The notes beneath the pieces are model-generated. The model saw nothing but the letters and a program-made list of their open reading frames with translations, made no database searches and was not told where the DNA came from. This document shows, one piece after another, positions 24,370 to 38,177 of a DNA stretch of 64,000 nucleotides. Positions within the stretch are counted from its first letter, which is position 1. Each line of letters begins with the position of its first letter. This stretch comes from Cetorhinus maximus. Lineage: Eukaryota. The stretch is from contig NC_135898.1 of NCBI RefSeq assembly GCF_964194155.1, positions 80,600,001 through 80,664,000 of the forward strand, written 5' to 3'. The position numbers were made by a program, and so were the translations under genes.

Positions 24370-24845
24370 ACCACACCACTCAATCATGACCCCACACTTA
24401 CCCTAGCACCCAATGATGACCCCACACTCATGTACTTACCCTACCAATCATGACCCCACTCGTATACTTACTCTACCACTCAATCATGACCCCACACTCA
24501 CCCTGCTACTCGTTACCCCACACGCACCACATCACTCGATCGTGACCCCACACTCGCGCACACACCCTGCCACTTGATCATGACCCCACACTCACCCTGC
24601 CACTCAATCGTGACCCCATACACCGCACCACTCGATCGTGACCCCACACTCGCACTCACCATGCCACTTGATCATGACCCCACACTCACCCTGCCATTCA
24701 ATCGTGACCCCACACGCACCGCATCACTCGATTCTGACCCCACACACGCCGCATCACTCGATTCTGACCCCACTCGCACTCACCCTGACACTCTATTATG
24801 ACCCCCACACGCACACTCACCGTGCCACTCGATCATGACCCCCCG
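24370..24845. repeat. Degenerate ~31-37-bp tandem repeat derived from the TAF5 exon 7/intron junction
   Basis: Units such as CACACTCACCCTGCCACTCAATCGTGACCCC match the junction CACACTCAC|CGTGCCACTCGATCATGACCCC. Confidence 0.85.
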
Positions 24846-24985
24846 AAATGAAGTAGTAGCCGTATGGAGAGAACTGCGTATCCCACACCGGGTAGTTATG
24901 TCCTTTGTAGCCTACGAGACAGGTGAAAGTTTGTAGACTCCAGAGTCTCACTGTGCCATCCTCTGAGCTGGACAGCAGATAATTC
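24821..24985 (-). CDS. TAF5: TAF5 coding exon 7 (WD40)
   Basis: NYLLSSSEDGTVRLWS...GGHDRVAR; AG/GT; 165 nt. Confidence 0.96.
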
Positions 24986-25402
24986 CTGAGCAAGAGAGAG
25001 TGCAGAAACATTAAATACAGGCAGATTCCTAAACTGCCAAGTCAAGTCTGTCTCAGTCACAACCCTCCTCGTTTATCTATGTTTCTACTGCTGTGAGTGC
25101 ACAATACTCATTGTTGCTCTTCACTGTTCACATCTAATTACAGCCTCCGTCTCCCACTCTCTCTCAGGACCTCAAACCCATTCAATTCCTCAGCTCTTCC
25201 CTTTTACCCTACAATCTACAGGCTACAAAATCATTTCTCCCCAATTAACCTCTTCTCTCCCACTCTTTTCATCCTGGAATGCACTCGATCAAGGGAGAAC
25301 TGAATTGATTGAAAGGAATGACTTCCGCCAGCACGCTCACAAAAGATACACAAGTTCCTTAAGGGAGCTGACGCACTTTCAGCATCTTGTAAACACCCTT
25401 AA

Positions 25403-27360
25403 TACGAACATATGAACTAGGAGCAGGAGTAGGCCACTCGGCCATTCAATAAGATCATGGCTTATCTGATTGTAACCTCAACTTCACATTCTGCTTACCC
25501 CCGATAACCTTTCAACACCTTGTTAATCAAGAGTCTATCTAGCTCTGCCTTAAAAATACTCAAAGACTCTGCTTCCACCGCCTTTTGAGGAAGAGAGTTC
25601 CAAAGAGTCTCAACCCTCTGTGAAAAAAAATTTCTCATCTCTGTCTTAAATGAGTGACCCCTTATTTTTAAACAGTGACCCCTAGGTTCTAGATTCTCCC
25701 ACAAGAGGAAACATCCTCTCCACATCCACCCTGCCAAGACCTCTCAGGATCATAAAGGTTTCAATCAAGTCACCTCTTACTCTTCTAAATTCCAGTGGAT
25801 ACAAGCGTAACCTGTCCAGTCTTTCCTCATAAGACAACCCACCCATTCCTGGTACTAGTCTAGTAAACCTTCTCTGAAAGGCCATTGATGTCGTGTATCT
25901 GGACTTCCAAAAGATGTTTGAAACAGTGCCACACAACAGACTTTTGAGGAAAGTTATAGGTCATGGAATAAAAGGGACAGTAGCAACGTGGATACAAATT
26001 GGCTGAGGGACAGGAAACAGATTAATGGTTAATGGTATTTTTCAGGCTCAAAGAAGATTTGAGTGGTTCCCCAGGGGTAGGTATCGAGACCCTTGCTTTT
26101 CCTGATTATATATAAATGATCTAGATCTTAGTGTGCAGGGGACACAAAACTTGGGAGAACTGTAAAAAGGACATTGACACATTGGTGGAGTGGGCAGATA
26201 GGTGGCAGATGAAGTTCAATGCGGAGAAGTGTGAAGTGATACACTTTGGTACAAGGAACATGGAGAGACATTATAAAATAAAGGATACTATTTTAAAGGG
26301 GGTACAGGAGCAGAAAGACCTATGTGTATATGTACATGTCATTAAAGGTGGCAGGCCAGGTAGAGAGCTGTTTCTAAATCATAGAGTATTCTAGGCTTCA
26401 TTAATAGGGGCATAAAGTATAAGAGTAGGGAGGTTTTGATGAACTTATATAAGACATTAGTTAGACCTCAGCTGGAGCATTGTGTACAATTCTGGGTGCC
26501 ACACTATTGGAAGAATGTGAACGCATTGGAGAAAGTGCAGAAGAGGTTTACAAGAATGATTCCAGGGATGAGACACTTCAGTTATGAGGAAAGATTGGAG
26601 AAGTTGGGACTGTTTTTTCCTGGAGAGGAGGAGGCTAAGAGGAGACATGATAGAAATTTTCAAAATCATGAGGGATCTGGACAGAGTAGATAGGGAGAAA
26701 CTGTTCCTGCTTGTAAATGGATCGAGAACCAGAGGGCACAGTTTTAAAGTGTTTTGCAAAAGAAGCAAATGCGAGGTGAGAATAAGCTTTTTCACACAGC
26801 GAGTGGTTAGGGTGTGGTGGAGGCAGGTTCAACTGAAGCATTCAAGAGGGCATTGGATGATTATTTAAATAGAAACAATGTGCAGGGATATGGGGAAAAG
26901 GCAGGTGATTGGCACTAAGTAAAAATGCTCAGAGTGTTGGTGCAGACACGATGGGCCAAATGGCCTCCTTCTGCATCGCAACAATTCTGAGATTCTGAAC
27001 TGCTTCTAATGCATTTACATCTTTCTTTAAATAAGGAGACCAATACTGTACACAATACTCCAGATGTGGACTCACCAATGCCTTGTATAACTGAAGCATA
27101 ACCTTCCTACTTTTGTAATCAATTTCCCTCACAATAAACGATAACATTCTATTAGCTTTCCTAATTACTTGCTGTACCCGCATTCTAGCCTTTTCTGATT
27201 CATGTACAAGGACAGCCAGATCCCTCTGAATCTCAGAGCTCTGCAATTTCTCACCATTTAGATAATAAGTTTCTTTTTTAATCTTCATGCCAAAATGAAT
27301 GATTTCACATTTGCCCACATTATACTCCATTTTCCAGATCTTTGCCCACTCACTTAATCG
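25403..27360. mobile_element. Nested CR1s: minus-strand CR1 (25403-25878 + 26994-27360) split by a plus-strand CR1 (25879-26993)
   Basis: ALEAVQ|RRFTRL is broken across the insert; TCTGAA present at both junctions. Confidence 0.85.
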
Positions 27361-27544
27361 TACCTTCCTAAAGACCACTCACTGTCACCATTCAAATGAC
27401 AGCTGTGTGTGGGATACACAGCCCTGGAGCCCAGTAGACCAGTTAGTGAGGAGCTGCAGGCACCACTATGCCCAGCCAGCCCAGGATTTCAGAGTTAGAG
27501 TGCCAACTCCTGATAGTACAGCTTCCCATCTTTGCACACTCCCT

Positions 27545-27815
27545 TGCACGGTGATGTGAAAGATCCCAAGACATGATTTTGAAGGAGTTCTCCCCCGTGG
27601 CACAGCCAATATTTATTCTCCAACCATCACTAAATAAAGGTTATCTAGCCATTAATTTCATTGCTATTTGTGGCAACTTGTTGTGTGCAAATTAGCTGCC
27701 ATGTTTCCAACATTACGACAGTCGTTACAATTTAAAAACATTTTAATGGATGCGAAACACTTTGGATGTCCCAAGGTAACCAAAGGCGCTATAGAAATGC
27801 AAATTCTTTCTTTCT
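27545..27815 (+). mobile_element. Deu-domain SINE remnant
   Basis: ttgttgtgtgcaaattagctgccatgtttcc...aaaggcgctatagaaatgcaaattctttc; similar to 1880-2015. Confidence 0.6.
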
Positions 27816-27887
27816 GACCAGTGACAGCCCTTAGTCTGTTCATTTAATTATAAAATGTTAACTGTTTTCCAAGGAGCTTCTCCTTAC

Positions 27888-28017
27888 CTGTCAGGGCTGA
27901 AGCTTGTCCCATACACTGGGCCGCCGTGTCCCAGTAACATTTTAAACTCACACGCAGTCTTCTCGTCCATTATCCGCTCTAGCACATCTTCCGACTCTTT
28001 GTCGATTAGACTGAGAT
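27888..28017 (-). CDS. TAF5: TAF5 coding exon 6
   Basis: LSLIDKESEDVLERIMDEK...GPVYGTSFSPD; AG/GT; 130 nt. Confidence 0.96.
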
Positions 28018-28854
28018 CTAGAGGGGAAAGACAAAGCAGTCAATGAGACTGCTGCCTCCGATCATGCTGTGACTGAGATCATGCTGTGACAACACATCTC
28101 CCGTAGCTCAGCCACTCTCAGAAGAGAGTGAGCATAGTGCAGGCTGACAGGAGACGGTACTGTACCTGCAATTCCAAGCACTGAACCTCCTGTTTTCAGG
28201 GCTGACACTGAGGTTAATAGCAATTCACCACAGGGGGAATAAAACACCCCAAGCCCAATAATGGGGCCATTTCACTTGCTGTGAGGAAGCTGGGATAACT
28301 CCCATTCCTAATAACATTCGCTAGCCTTCGTTTGTAGCTCAGAAGGCAGCACAGAATCCCGGGTTAGTTAATCACGACAAATGCAAATTAGTTCACACAA
28401 GAAGGTTCTGATGATCTGGGATGCGCTGCCTGAGAGGATGGTGGAATCAAATTCCATAGGAGCTTGCGAAAGTCAATTGGACATATACCTGAAGAGAACT
28501 AATCTGCAGAGTTTTGGAGAATACACCAAGGTGTGTTGGATAGCTCTTTTGGAGAGTGAACACACGTACGATGGGCTGAATGGCCTCCTTCTGTGCTAAC
28601 CAGCCTGATGATGGAGGCTCAGGTGCTGATTCAGCAAACCTGCTGAAAGACAAGAGAGATTCTCTGGGGCAAGTGTACCACTGGACTATTCTGCAAGGGG
28701 GAAACTGGTTTAACAAAATGCCTGACTCCTTAACTCTCAGACAGAGCCACATCCCTGTCCACCACGACACAAATATTTCCATCTACTACGCTAGTACCAC
28801 AGGCGGGGGATCCCCAGCGGGAACCCCTGGTGGGAGGCAGTGTGGGAGGGCCAT

Positions 28855-30435
28855 AGAAACATAGAAGATAGGAGCAGCATATTATTGAAAATATTGCAAT
28901 ATTGAAATATTACATTTGGTTCCCTCATCCAAATCATTGATATATATTGTGAATAGCTGGGGCCTAAGCACTGACCCCTGCGATACCCCACTAGTCACCA
29001 CCTGCCACTCTGAAAAAGACCCATTTATTCCTACTCTGTTTCCTGTCCACTAACCAATTCTCAGTCCATGCCAATTACCCCCAATCCCATGTGCTTTAAT
29101 TTTACACACTAACCTCTTATGTGGGACTTCATCAAAAGTTTTCTGAAAATCCAAATACACCACACCCACTGGTTCTCCCTTATCTATTCTGCTAGTTACA
29201 TCCTCAAAAAAACTCTAGATTTGTCAAACCAGATTTCCCTTTCATTAATCCAAGTTGACATTGTCTAATCCCATTGATATTTTCAGAGTGTCCTGTTATC
29301 ACATCCTTTATAATAGACTCTAGCATTTTCCCTACTACTGATGTTAGGCTAACCGATCTGATAGTCACTGTTTTCTCCCTCCCTCCTTTTTTAAATAGTG
29401 GGGTTACATTTGCCATCCTCCAATCTTCCAGGACTGTTCCAGAATCTACACAATTTTGGAAGATGACAACCAATGCATCCACTATTTCCATGGCCACCAC
29501 CTTTAGTACCCTGGGACGTAGATAATCGGAGCCTGGGGATTTATCAGTCCCATTCATTTCTCCAGCACTATTGTTCTAGTAATACAGATTTCCTTCAATT
29601 CCCCCTCCTCACTAGACCCTTGGTTCCCTAGTTTTTTTGGGAAGTTATTTGTGTCTTCCTCCATAAAGATCGGACTGAAGTAGTTGTTTAACTGCTCTGC
29701 CATTTTCTTGTTTCTGTAAGGGACCTACAATTGTCTTCACTAATCCTTTTTTTTTTAAACATACATATAGAGGTTTTACAGTCTGCTTCTATGTTCCTTG
29801 CAAGTTTACTCTCATACTCTATTTTTCCCCTCTTAAATCTCTTGGTCCTCCTTTGCTGAATTCTAAACTGCTCCCAATCCTCAGGCTTGCTACTTTTTCT
29901 AGCAACTTTATATGACTCCTCTTTGGATCTAATACTATCCATAATTTCCTTTGTTAGCCATGGTTGAGCTACTTTTTCTGTTGTGTTTTTGCGCTAAAAA
30001 GGAATGTATAATTGTTGCAATGTATACATTTGTTCCTTAAATATTAGCCACTGACTATCTACCGTCATGCCTTTTAATGAAGTTCCCCAATCTATTTTAG
30101 CCAACTCACAACATTGTAGTTTCCTTTAAGATTTAGGACCCTAGTTTCAGTACAGACTACTTCACTTTCCATCCTATGAAGAATTCCATCATGTTATGGT
30201 CACTGTTCCCTAAAGGACCCTGCACAACAAGATTATTAATTAACCCCTTCTCATTGCACAATACCAAATCTAGGACAGCCTGTTTCCTAATTGGTTCCTT
30301 GACATACTGATCTAAAAAAACCATCTCATACATACTCCAGGAATTCATTGCCACAGTATTATTGCTAATTTGGTTTGCCCAGTCTATATGTAGATTAAAG
30401 TTACCCATGAGTACTCTGCAGCACCCTTGTTACAC
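28855..30435 (-). mobile_element. Internally deleted CR1 (APE/RT) related to the 42235-49895 element
   Basis: MGNFNLHIDW, SDHN, KSPG, VSLTSVVGK fragments. Confidence 0.85.
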
Positions 30436-30652
30436 GCACCCCAACGGGAGGCAGTTGAGGGGGGACCCCCAGCACAAGGCAGAAACCTCAGACAGGGGCG
30501 GGGGGAAGGAGGGAGGTGCTGGGATCCCTAGTGGGAGGCAGCGAGGGTGGGGGGCACACGGGAGGCAGTGGGCAAGGACCCTGCTCAGAGGAGACGGGAG
30601 AACCTGGTGGGAGGCGGCTGAGGGCTAATGCCCAGTTGGTGGCTGGCTTTAC

Positions 30653-30773
30653 CTGTAGCCCCTTTGACGCTGCGCAGCTTCTTTGGTGTGACACTCCACA
30701 CTCTGACAGTAGAATCAGCGAATCCTCCTGCTATCAGACTAGAATCATCCGTGAAGTCAACTGCAGTGAGACC
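30653..30773 (-). CDS. TAF5: TAF5 coding exon 5 (WD40)
   Basis: GLTAVDFTDDSSLIAGGFADSTVRVWS; AG/GT; 121 nt. Confidence 0.96.
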
Positions 30774-31489
30774 CTGGACCGGTACAGAAACAGGGAATCG
30801 TTTAAAAAAGATTAAAAAGCAGACAGAAAGACAGCCATTTCTGAAGTATTAGTCAGGAACACATTAACTTTGCATACAGGACTCCTATAATCATAGAATT
30901 GTTAAAGCACAGGAGACGGCCTTTCGGCCCCTTGTGCCTGTGCAGCTTTCTGCAAGAGCAACTCTACTAGATCCACTCCCATCCTACTGTAACCAAACCA
31001 ATGTCTTGCACAAATTCAACATAACTTCCTTAGTTTTCCATTCAACATCTCTATATACAGACCTAAATCCCGTTAACTTCTTATGACCATATCTACCTGT
31101 ACTCTCCCCTTTAACAATCCATATACCTGGAGCCCCAGTGTCTCCCTGTTCCTTCACTACATTAACTATCTCATCATTTAAGGGGTACTTACCTTCCACT
31201 GTTCATTTTCCCATGCATTAGCTCACATTTCATCTACCATCTTTCTGCCCAATCTACTAACCTTAGTGCCTCCCTGCCATTTAATTTGATAAAATATACT
31301 CCTTATTTCGTGAAAGTAAAGGTAAAACTGCAGAATATTTATCCATGCCCTGACCTCCTAGCATCGAGACAAGTGTTGTGCTAATAAAAATCACCGGCAA
31401 CACAGGTGTGGCTACTATGACACTATTTTAGCTCCATGAATCAATTTTAGTAAAAAACTACTTGCACACACTCACACAATACAGGTAAA

Positions 31490-32610
31490 TGTATTCTGAA
31501 TGTTTTCCCCTCCCCTGGAGTCCTGGCCATTTGAGCATTGAGAGAACAAGACCTGGTGAGAGAGAATGTCTTCGGCCATCAGGACACAGTGTTGCTCTTT
31601 CGAAGTTGATTTTACGTCCATTCTTTCGAGAGTGCTTGTGGAGCTGGCTTCAAGAACACGTGTGTTTGCTCAACAGTCCTCCCATTGAATCCGGAGGATG
31701 CGGCGGAGGCACTACCGATGGAAGTTCTCTCGCAATCTTACGCACTGCTCAGGTGGGCAGAAAAGTAGCAAATGGAATTCAACCCAGAGAAGTGTGAGCT
31801 GATGCACTTGGGGAGGTCAAACAAGGCAAAGCAGTTCACAATAAATTGGGACGTACAACATTGTAAGGGGCCGGGATAGACTGGATGGGAAGGGCATATT
31901 TACTTTAGCAGAGTGGTCAGTGACTAGGGGGCATACATTTAAAGTGATTGGTAGAAGGATTAGAGGGGAGATGAGGAAAGATGTTTTTCACCAAGAGGGT
32001 TGTGGGGTCTGGAACTCACTGACTGAAAGGGTAGTAGAGGCAGAAACCCTCAATTCATTTAAAAGGTGTCTGGATACATTTCAAATGCCGGAACCTGCAG
32101 GACTAGGGACCAAATGCTGGAAAGTGGCATTTGGCTGGGTGGCCCTTTTTTGGCAGGCAGAGACATGATGGGCCAACTGGCCTCATTCTGTGCCGTAAAC
32201 TTTCTGTGATACACAGTCCAGGTCTCACTGCAGTACTGGAGTGTGGCGACAACAACTGCTGTGTACATTAGCACTTTCATTGATTGCTGAACTCTCCTTG
32301 AAGCTCAGCAGCATTGACATTAATGACTTGAGGAGTTTGTTACCAATTGTTCAGAATGGCGTCAACTTGTCCATCGAGCTACATCTCGCTTTGAGTCCCA
32401 ACATCTTAATGATGAGGCAGAGCGGCAGCAGAGAAGGAAAGGAAGCAAATCCTGCACTTCAGATCCCACTACCTCGTGGGACATCCTGCCTCATGTACTC
32501 AAAAATCTGTGGCTCAAGAATTGGCCTATTCAGTCACGTGAAGATCCATGGCAAAAACTTGTGACCCTGAGTAGACATCTTGCTCGAATTGAGAGACAGC
32601 TGATGATTCT
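31490..32610. mobile_element. RTE-clade LINE remnant with inverted 5' part, interrupted by a CR1 fragment (about 31750-32205)
   Basis: Minus: TLQYCSETW and FHR*CLRRILRIQWED; plus: EWRQLVHRATSRFE and CGSRIGLFSH. Confidence 0.7.
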
Positions 32611-33198
32611 GCATGTGCACATTTGCTGAATAAGCATCTCCTACCATTCACTAACCAAGGAAGTAAAGCAGCCAAAACAATAAAAAAAACACAATCACAC
32701 TCAGCTTACTATTTTATTGACAAACATCCACCAAGTTTCAGGTTCCCAGTGTGAATGGGTTTCGAGATTACATGTCCTATATTGGTGTTGACTCTTCATC
32801 TTTTATTTATTAAGCAAAAATACAATTCATCACATCCGGATTTTGAATTATCCACATGTAGCTCGGAGCAAACACACTGGACAACAATAATTGAAAACAT
32901 TCTGCCCTGTGACTCCAATCAACCCCATTGCCCAGTGTTCTAGGAATCATCCTTCCCTGTGGATTATTCTCCCCCTCACCTAGCCTCTAACCAACAATCT
33001 CATTAGCACTAGGTGTCTCCGGAGTTTGAAAAGGTCCCTGGCATAGCAAGGAACAGGAGGCAGGGTAGCTCCCACCAACTTCCCGATGACAGATGGGAAG
33101 CAGGGGAGAGGTGCTTCAGCAGAGGGAGAGTGCTTCATCACAGGAAAGAGGACTCACACTAAAAGCTGCAGTCTGTTTCTATGTAGTAAATCACTCAC

Positions 33199-33334
33199 CT
33201 GATAGGCATTGAGGAAGGTGTAAAAGCAGATGGAGGGCAGGCAGTCAGGCCCAAGCTTAACCCTCTTTGTGGCTTCTTTCATTATCATTATCTTGTCCAG
33301 CTTGTCCGAATCTTTCAGCTCAGGAAGCGGAATT
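33199..33334 (-). CDS. TAF5: TAF5 coding exon 4
   Basis: IPLPELKDSDKLDK...LPSICFYTFLNAYQ; AG/GT; 136 nt. Confidence 0.96.
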
Positions 33335-33717
33335 CTGAAGGTGGGAAAAGGAGATATTAAAGAACAATCCTCATCAAGATCCTGAATCCAAGTGTTGAGT
33401 CAGAGAGTCATTATGACAAAGGTGGCCATTTGGCCAATCAGATCCATGCTGGCTGTGCAGAGCAATCCATTCAGTTTTCTCCTAGTATATTTTAGTAGCC
33501 CTAAAGGTCCATCTCCCTCAAGTGCCTAATCCAACTTTTTCTTAAAATCGTTAATCGTCTACGTTTCCATCACTCTTGAAGGCAGTGAGTGCATTTGTAC
33601 CACAGTGCACAACGGCTCCCAACCTGGCAACTTCTGGCAAAAGACAGAGGATAACTGGTGTGGGACACAATTATACCACTGAAGCATTCAGCACCCTTAG
33701 CTCATCCTGTCAGTGCC

Positions 33718-33958
33718 AGGGGAGCGTTTGATGGGGACAGTGTAGAGGGAGCTTTACTCGGTATCAAACCCCGTTCTGTACCTGTCCTGGGAGTGTTCGA
33801 TGGGGACAGTGTAAAGGGAGCTTTACTCTGTATCAAACCCCATTCTGTACCTGTCCTGGGAGTGTTCAGCTTTACTCTGTATCTAACCCCGTTTTGTACC
33901 TGTCCTGGGAGCGTTCGATGGGACAGTGTAAAGGGAGCTTTACTCTGTACCTAACCCT
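33718..33958. repeat. 69-bp satellite, about 3.5 copies, reverse orientation
   Basis: Same unit. Confidence 0.9.
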
Positions 33959-34949
33959 GGGCCATGTCTGGACGTTATAGAAATATGCTCAGAACCTGGT
34001 AAGCAATTTCAAACATTAGAAACTTGGATTACCAAATAAGACCAGATTAAATAAAGAGAAGTTTCCAATAAATAATTTGCAAGAGGTAAAATTCAGCGTT
34101 CTACAGTGTGACCTTGCAAATGATATCAGTGGATGAGAACAGGTGTAAAGGATATGAAGTCAGAGCTAAAATAATGGGCATTGCAGCCAATTCCTGTACT
34201 ATAAGCCACTGGACCAAGCAGCGCCAATAAAGGGAATGCCAGAGCAGGCTCGAGGGGCTGAATGGCCTATTCTTGCTCCTAGTTCCTGTTCTTGTGCACT
34301 CCTATGGAGAGCTGGCACACACACAATGGGCCAAATGGCCTCCTTCTGTGCTATAACAGTTCTGTAATGCAAGGACAGTTTGCTTAAACATGGCTAATAT
34401 TCCTTTCAGTGCACATGATTGAGGGGTGATTTGATTAAGATGTTTAAAATGGTGGATACAAAGAAATTAGTTCTTCTGGTGGGGGAATCAAGAAAAAGAG
34501 GGACAAAATCTTAAAATTAGAGCTAGACTCTGGAGGAGTGAAATCGGGAAACACTTTTTCACACAGTGGAAATCTGGAACTCTTTTCTCCCCTAAAAGAC
34601 TGGATGCTGGGGCTCAATTGAAGCTTTCAAAACAAGAGTGATAGGTTATTTAGTAAAGTTATCAAGGAATGTGGAGCAAAGACTGGTAAATGGAGCAGGG
34701 GTACAGACCAGCATGATCTGAGTACTAGAACAGAATCAAAGGCTGAACGGTCTCCTCCTGCTCCTGATGCACATTGTTCCTTAAAAATATTTGATAATTA
34801 CCTCTCTAATGGCAACAAGAGATCTTTGAGTGCAGAGCTGAGCTGCTAAGTGTAGATATGATCCAACAGCTGAACAGGGTTGCAGCCTAGCCAGGATTGC
34901 TGAGAGAAGCTGGAGGGATGTACGTGTGTGAGAATACTGCCCCACTCAC

Positions 34950-35113
34950 CTGTTCTGCGGGGGGGCGTTGGGGTCCTGCTTCTTGCTCTTTGCACCCAGG
35001 CTGTCCTTCTTTGGCTTCTTCTTCTTTGGTTTCCCCTCCTCATTCTCTCCTTCCTCATCCTCATCGTCAAGAGGCAGCTCAATCTCCGGCTCCTTCAACA
35101 GCCCAAAGAACAC
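34950..35113 (-). CDS. TAF5: TAF5 coding exon 3
   Basis: VFFGLLKEPEIE...DPNAPPQNR; AG/GT; 164 nt. Confidence 0.96.
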
Positions 35114-35253
35114 CTGCCAAGATGTCGCCAAGTTAATTGAACCCAGCATTAGAATCGAGCCACCCAGAAAACACATCCGAATTCCAGCTCCTGACATAGG
35201 TCATTCTGATTCAGTAACGCAATACGTCACAGCAGATCCTGGTACATTTTACC

Positions 35254-36360
35254 TCTCTTCCACAAACAGCAATTGATACTAGCTTAGATCAATTGTTAAT
35301 TTTAGATCTAAGATAAATAGATTTTTGTTATCACAAGTTATTAAGGGATAAGGGTCAAAGGCAGGTACATGGAGTTAGGTCACAGATCAATCATGATTCA
35401 CTGAATGGTGGAGGAACAGGCTCGAGGGCTGAATGGCCTCCTCCTGTTCCTGTGCCTCATACAGTGGAGTTTCTGTCCATCATTTCCTTCCCCTTCCTTC
35501 CAAATCAACAGGTATTTTCGTCCTTTATTTCCACCTCCCAAAAAAGTCCTTCCTGTCTGCGTCTCATTACACTCACACACATACACTCTCTCTCACACAT
35601 ATCATGTCAACAGGAATTTCCCCTTCTCTTGAAGATGGGTTCTCTCTTTTCCCCTTGGCCAGCATCTCGAAGGCGTCCTTCCCTGACCCCTCCCCAGCAC
35701 CCCAAACATCTCTTTCTCATGACCATGACCGCAGCACTCTTGTATCATTGACAGTTTTAATGGGGACAGACCTCTTCTGCTTGAAACTATACAAGGCACT
35801 AGTTAGACCACACCTAGAATACTGTGAACAGCTTTGGTCCCCATATCTAAAGGGAAATATACTGGCATTGGGTGCAGTCCAGAGAAGGTTCACTAGGTTG
35901 ATCCCAGGGATGGAGGGATTTTCTTATGAAGAGAGGTTGAGCAGGTTGGGCCTGTACTCATTGGAATTTAGAAGAATGAGAGATGACCTTATTGAAACAT
36001 ATAAGATTCTTAGGAGGCTTGACAGGGTGGATGCTGAGAGATTGGTTCCCCTTGTGTGAGTGTTTAGGACCAGAGGTCATAATCTCAGAGTAAGGGGTCG
36101 CCAATTTAAAACAGAGATGAGGAGGAATTTCTTCTCTCAGAGGGTAGTGAATCTGTGGAATTCTTTACCGCAGAGGCTGGGTCATTAAGTATATTCAAAG
36201 CTGAGATAGATTTTTAATCAGTAAGGGAATCAAGGGTCAAGGGGAAAAGGCAGGAAAGTGGAGTTGAGGATTATCAGATCAGCCATGATCTCATTGAATG
36301 GCGCAGACTCAGTGGGCCGAATGGCCTACTTCTGCTCCTACGTCTTATGGTCTTATGGCA
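35254..36360 (+). repeat. Composite segment (CR1 end + spacer + CR1 3' end), copy 1 of an inverted duplication
   Basis: Reverse complement of 38801-39846 including the non-TE spacer. Confidence 0.92.
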
Positions 36361-37909
36361 GTTTTGATGGTGTCAGCTCCAGCCTGGGCTACAGATCTTC
36401 CACTACCTTATGCGTGATGGTGAGAGATGGCAGGCCATCCAACTATAGAAGGCTTCACAGCACTCTGATCCTGTCCTCACCAGATCTCTCTCTCTCAGGA
36501 GTGCACACACAATTTCCTGCAGGATTCACTGGATTACAATCAGGAGCAGTGAGTCTGGGTTATTAGATTATTCCCTCAACCACAACCACTGAAGCCATGG
36601 CAACACCAATTGAGATCTATACAGACTGGGAATCCAGCCTAGACCCTTCTTTAATCTGTATGGTTCGTTTGTTGTTATTCACTGTAACAGGTAGACAGGC
36701 AGCATGCAGTCCAGTTTCTGCCTTGGGTGCAGCAGACAACCAGGTGCAGGTTGCATTGGTTTTGAGGAATAGGCATTTCTCCTCGAGTTTCCACTCAAAA
36801 CTATTTGAAAATTGCTGAATGCAGGATTGACCATGAACCTGCTAATTGGTGTTTTATAAAGGAAAATCTTTAAAAGTTAAGTTAGGAAATATTTGTGATA
36901 TTTTTTAAGAGTGGTAACACAGTTTAATCACAAGAAAGCATTTTTAATTAAAACCTCAATCCACCACTTATGAGTAACCAGATTTTAAATTACTGAAAAT
37001 GATTTTTATCTAGAAAGCCATTTGCTGGTTATATTGAACACAGTAAGTCAGTTTCTTCGTAGATTAACTCACACCCATTTGTGGCCCTGCACCCAGAAGA
37101 AGCAGTTTCATTTCTGCAGCCTTCCTGAGCCCCGCAAACAAACACAATTAGCAGAGGACCCCCCCCTGGATTTCTTCACCCTGGGGATATGGCCAATTAT
37201 GTGGGCGTGGCCATATTCCATCTTACTCTTTCCCAGAATAGCACAAAAGATCGCAGCATCTGGATTTGTGCTAAATTGAATTTGTGCTTAAAATTCCACT
37301 ATCTTTTACTCGGTTACATTGATTACAGGCACACTGCAATGGAAGGGGTGGGCTGGATGATGCTGAGCTCTGATCTGCTGATATCACTGAGTCTGTGTGC
37401 AAGCAGAGTAGCGCTACATCAAGCTGACAGCATTTCACCTCAGCATCCTCAACACTTCCTGAGTACAGACCAAGGTCTTGTAATAAGGATGAAATTAAGT
37501 CATCCAGGTTACTCCTGCACCTCCTGACAGCATCACAGGGTAAGCGCTTGCAACATGATTTCTGCCCATCCCCCCCGACATGTGGCACACAGGGCCCCCG
37601 ATGGCTCAATGGCAGCAGTGGAAAGTTTTTACATATGCAATTGATGTTGCTCTCCGCCATGACGAAGAGAGAGTCAAGTCTCAGGCAGGATAGTCACTGC
37701 TGATCGTTAGCCAGGAATCCCCATTAGAAAGCTGGAGACATAACTGATCTCAGCTGGGAAGCCCTCCATGGTTGAATAGCCTGTGGTAGCACTCAAGAGT
37801 TCACATACAACAAAGATGACCCTCTGCAAACATACCTCTGATAGGAGAGGGCAGAATAAAGCAACATTCAATTATGTAGTCTGCTACACCTCCATAGGGA
37901 ATGGGGGAC

Positions 37910-38177
37910 CGGGGCTGTCAATTCAGTAGAGAGTGGGGTTTGGGGGTTCTGGGGCTGTTGATTCAGTAGAGAGTGGGGGATTGGGGGTTCTGGGGCTGTT
38001 GATTCAGTAGAGAGTGGGGGATTGGGGGTTCTGGGGCTGTTGATTCAGTAGAGAGTGGGGGATTGGGGGTTCTGGGGCTGTTGATTCAGTAGAGAGTGGG
38101 GGATTGGGGGTTCTGGGGCTGTTGATTCAGTAGAGAGTGGGGGATTGGGGGTTCTGGGGCTGTCGATTCAGTAGAGA
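37910..38177. repeat. 41-bp G-rich minisatellite, about 6.5 copies
   Basis: Unit GGGGCTGTTGATTCAGTAGAGAGTGGGGGATTGGGGGTTCT. Confidence 0.96.
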
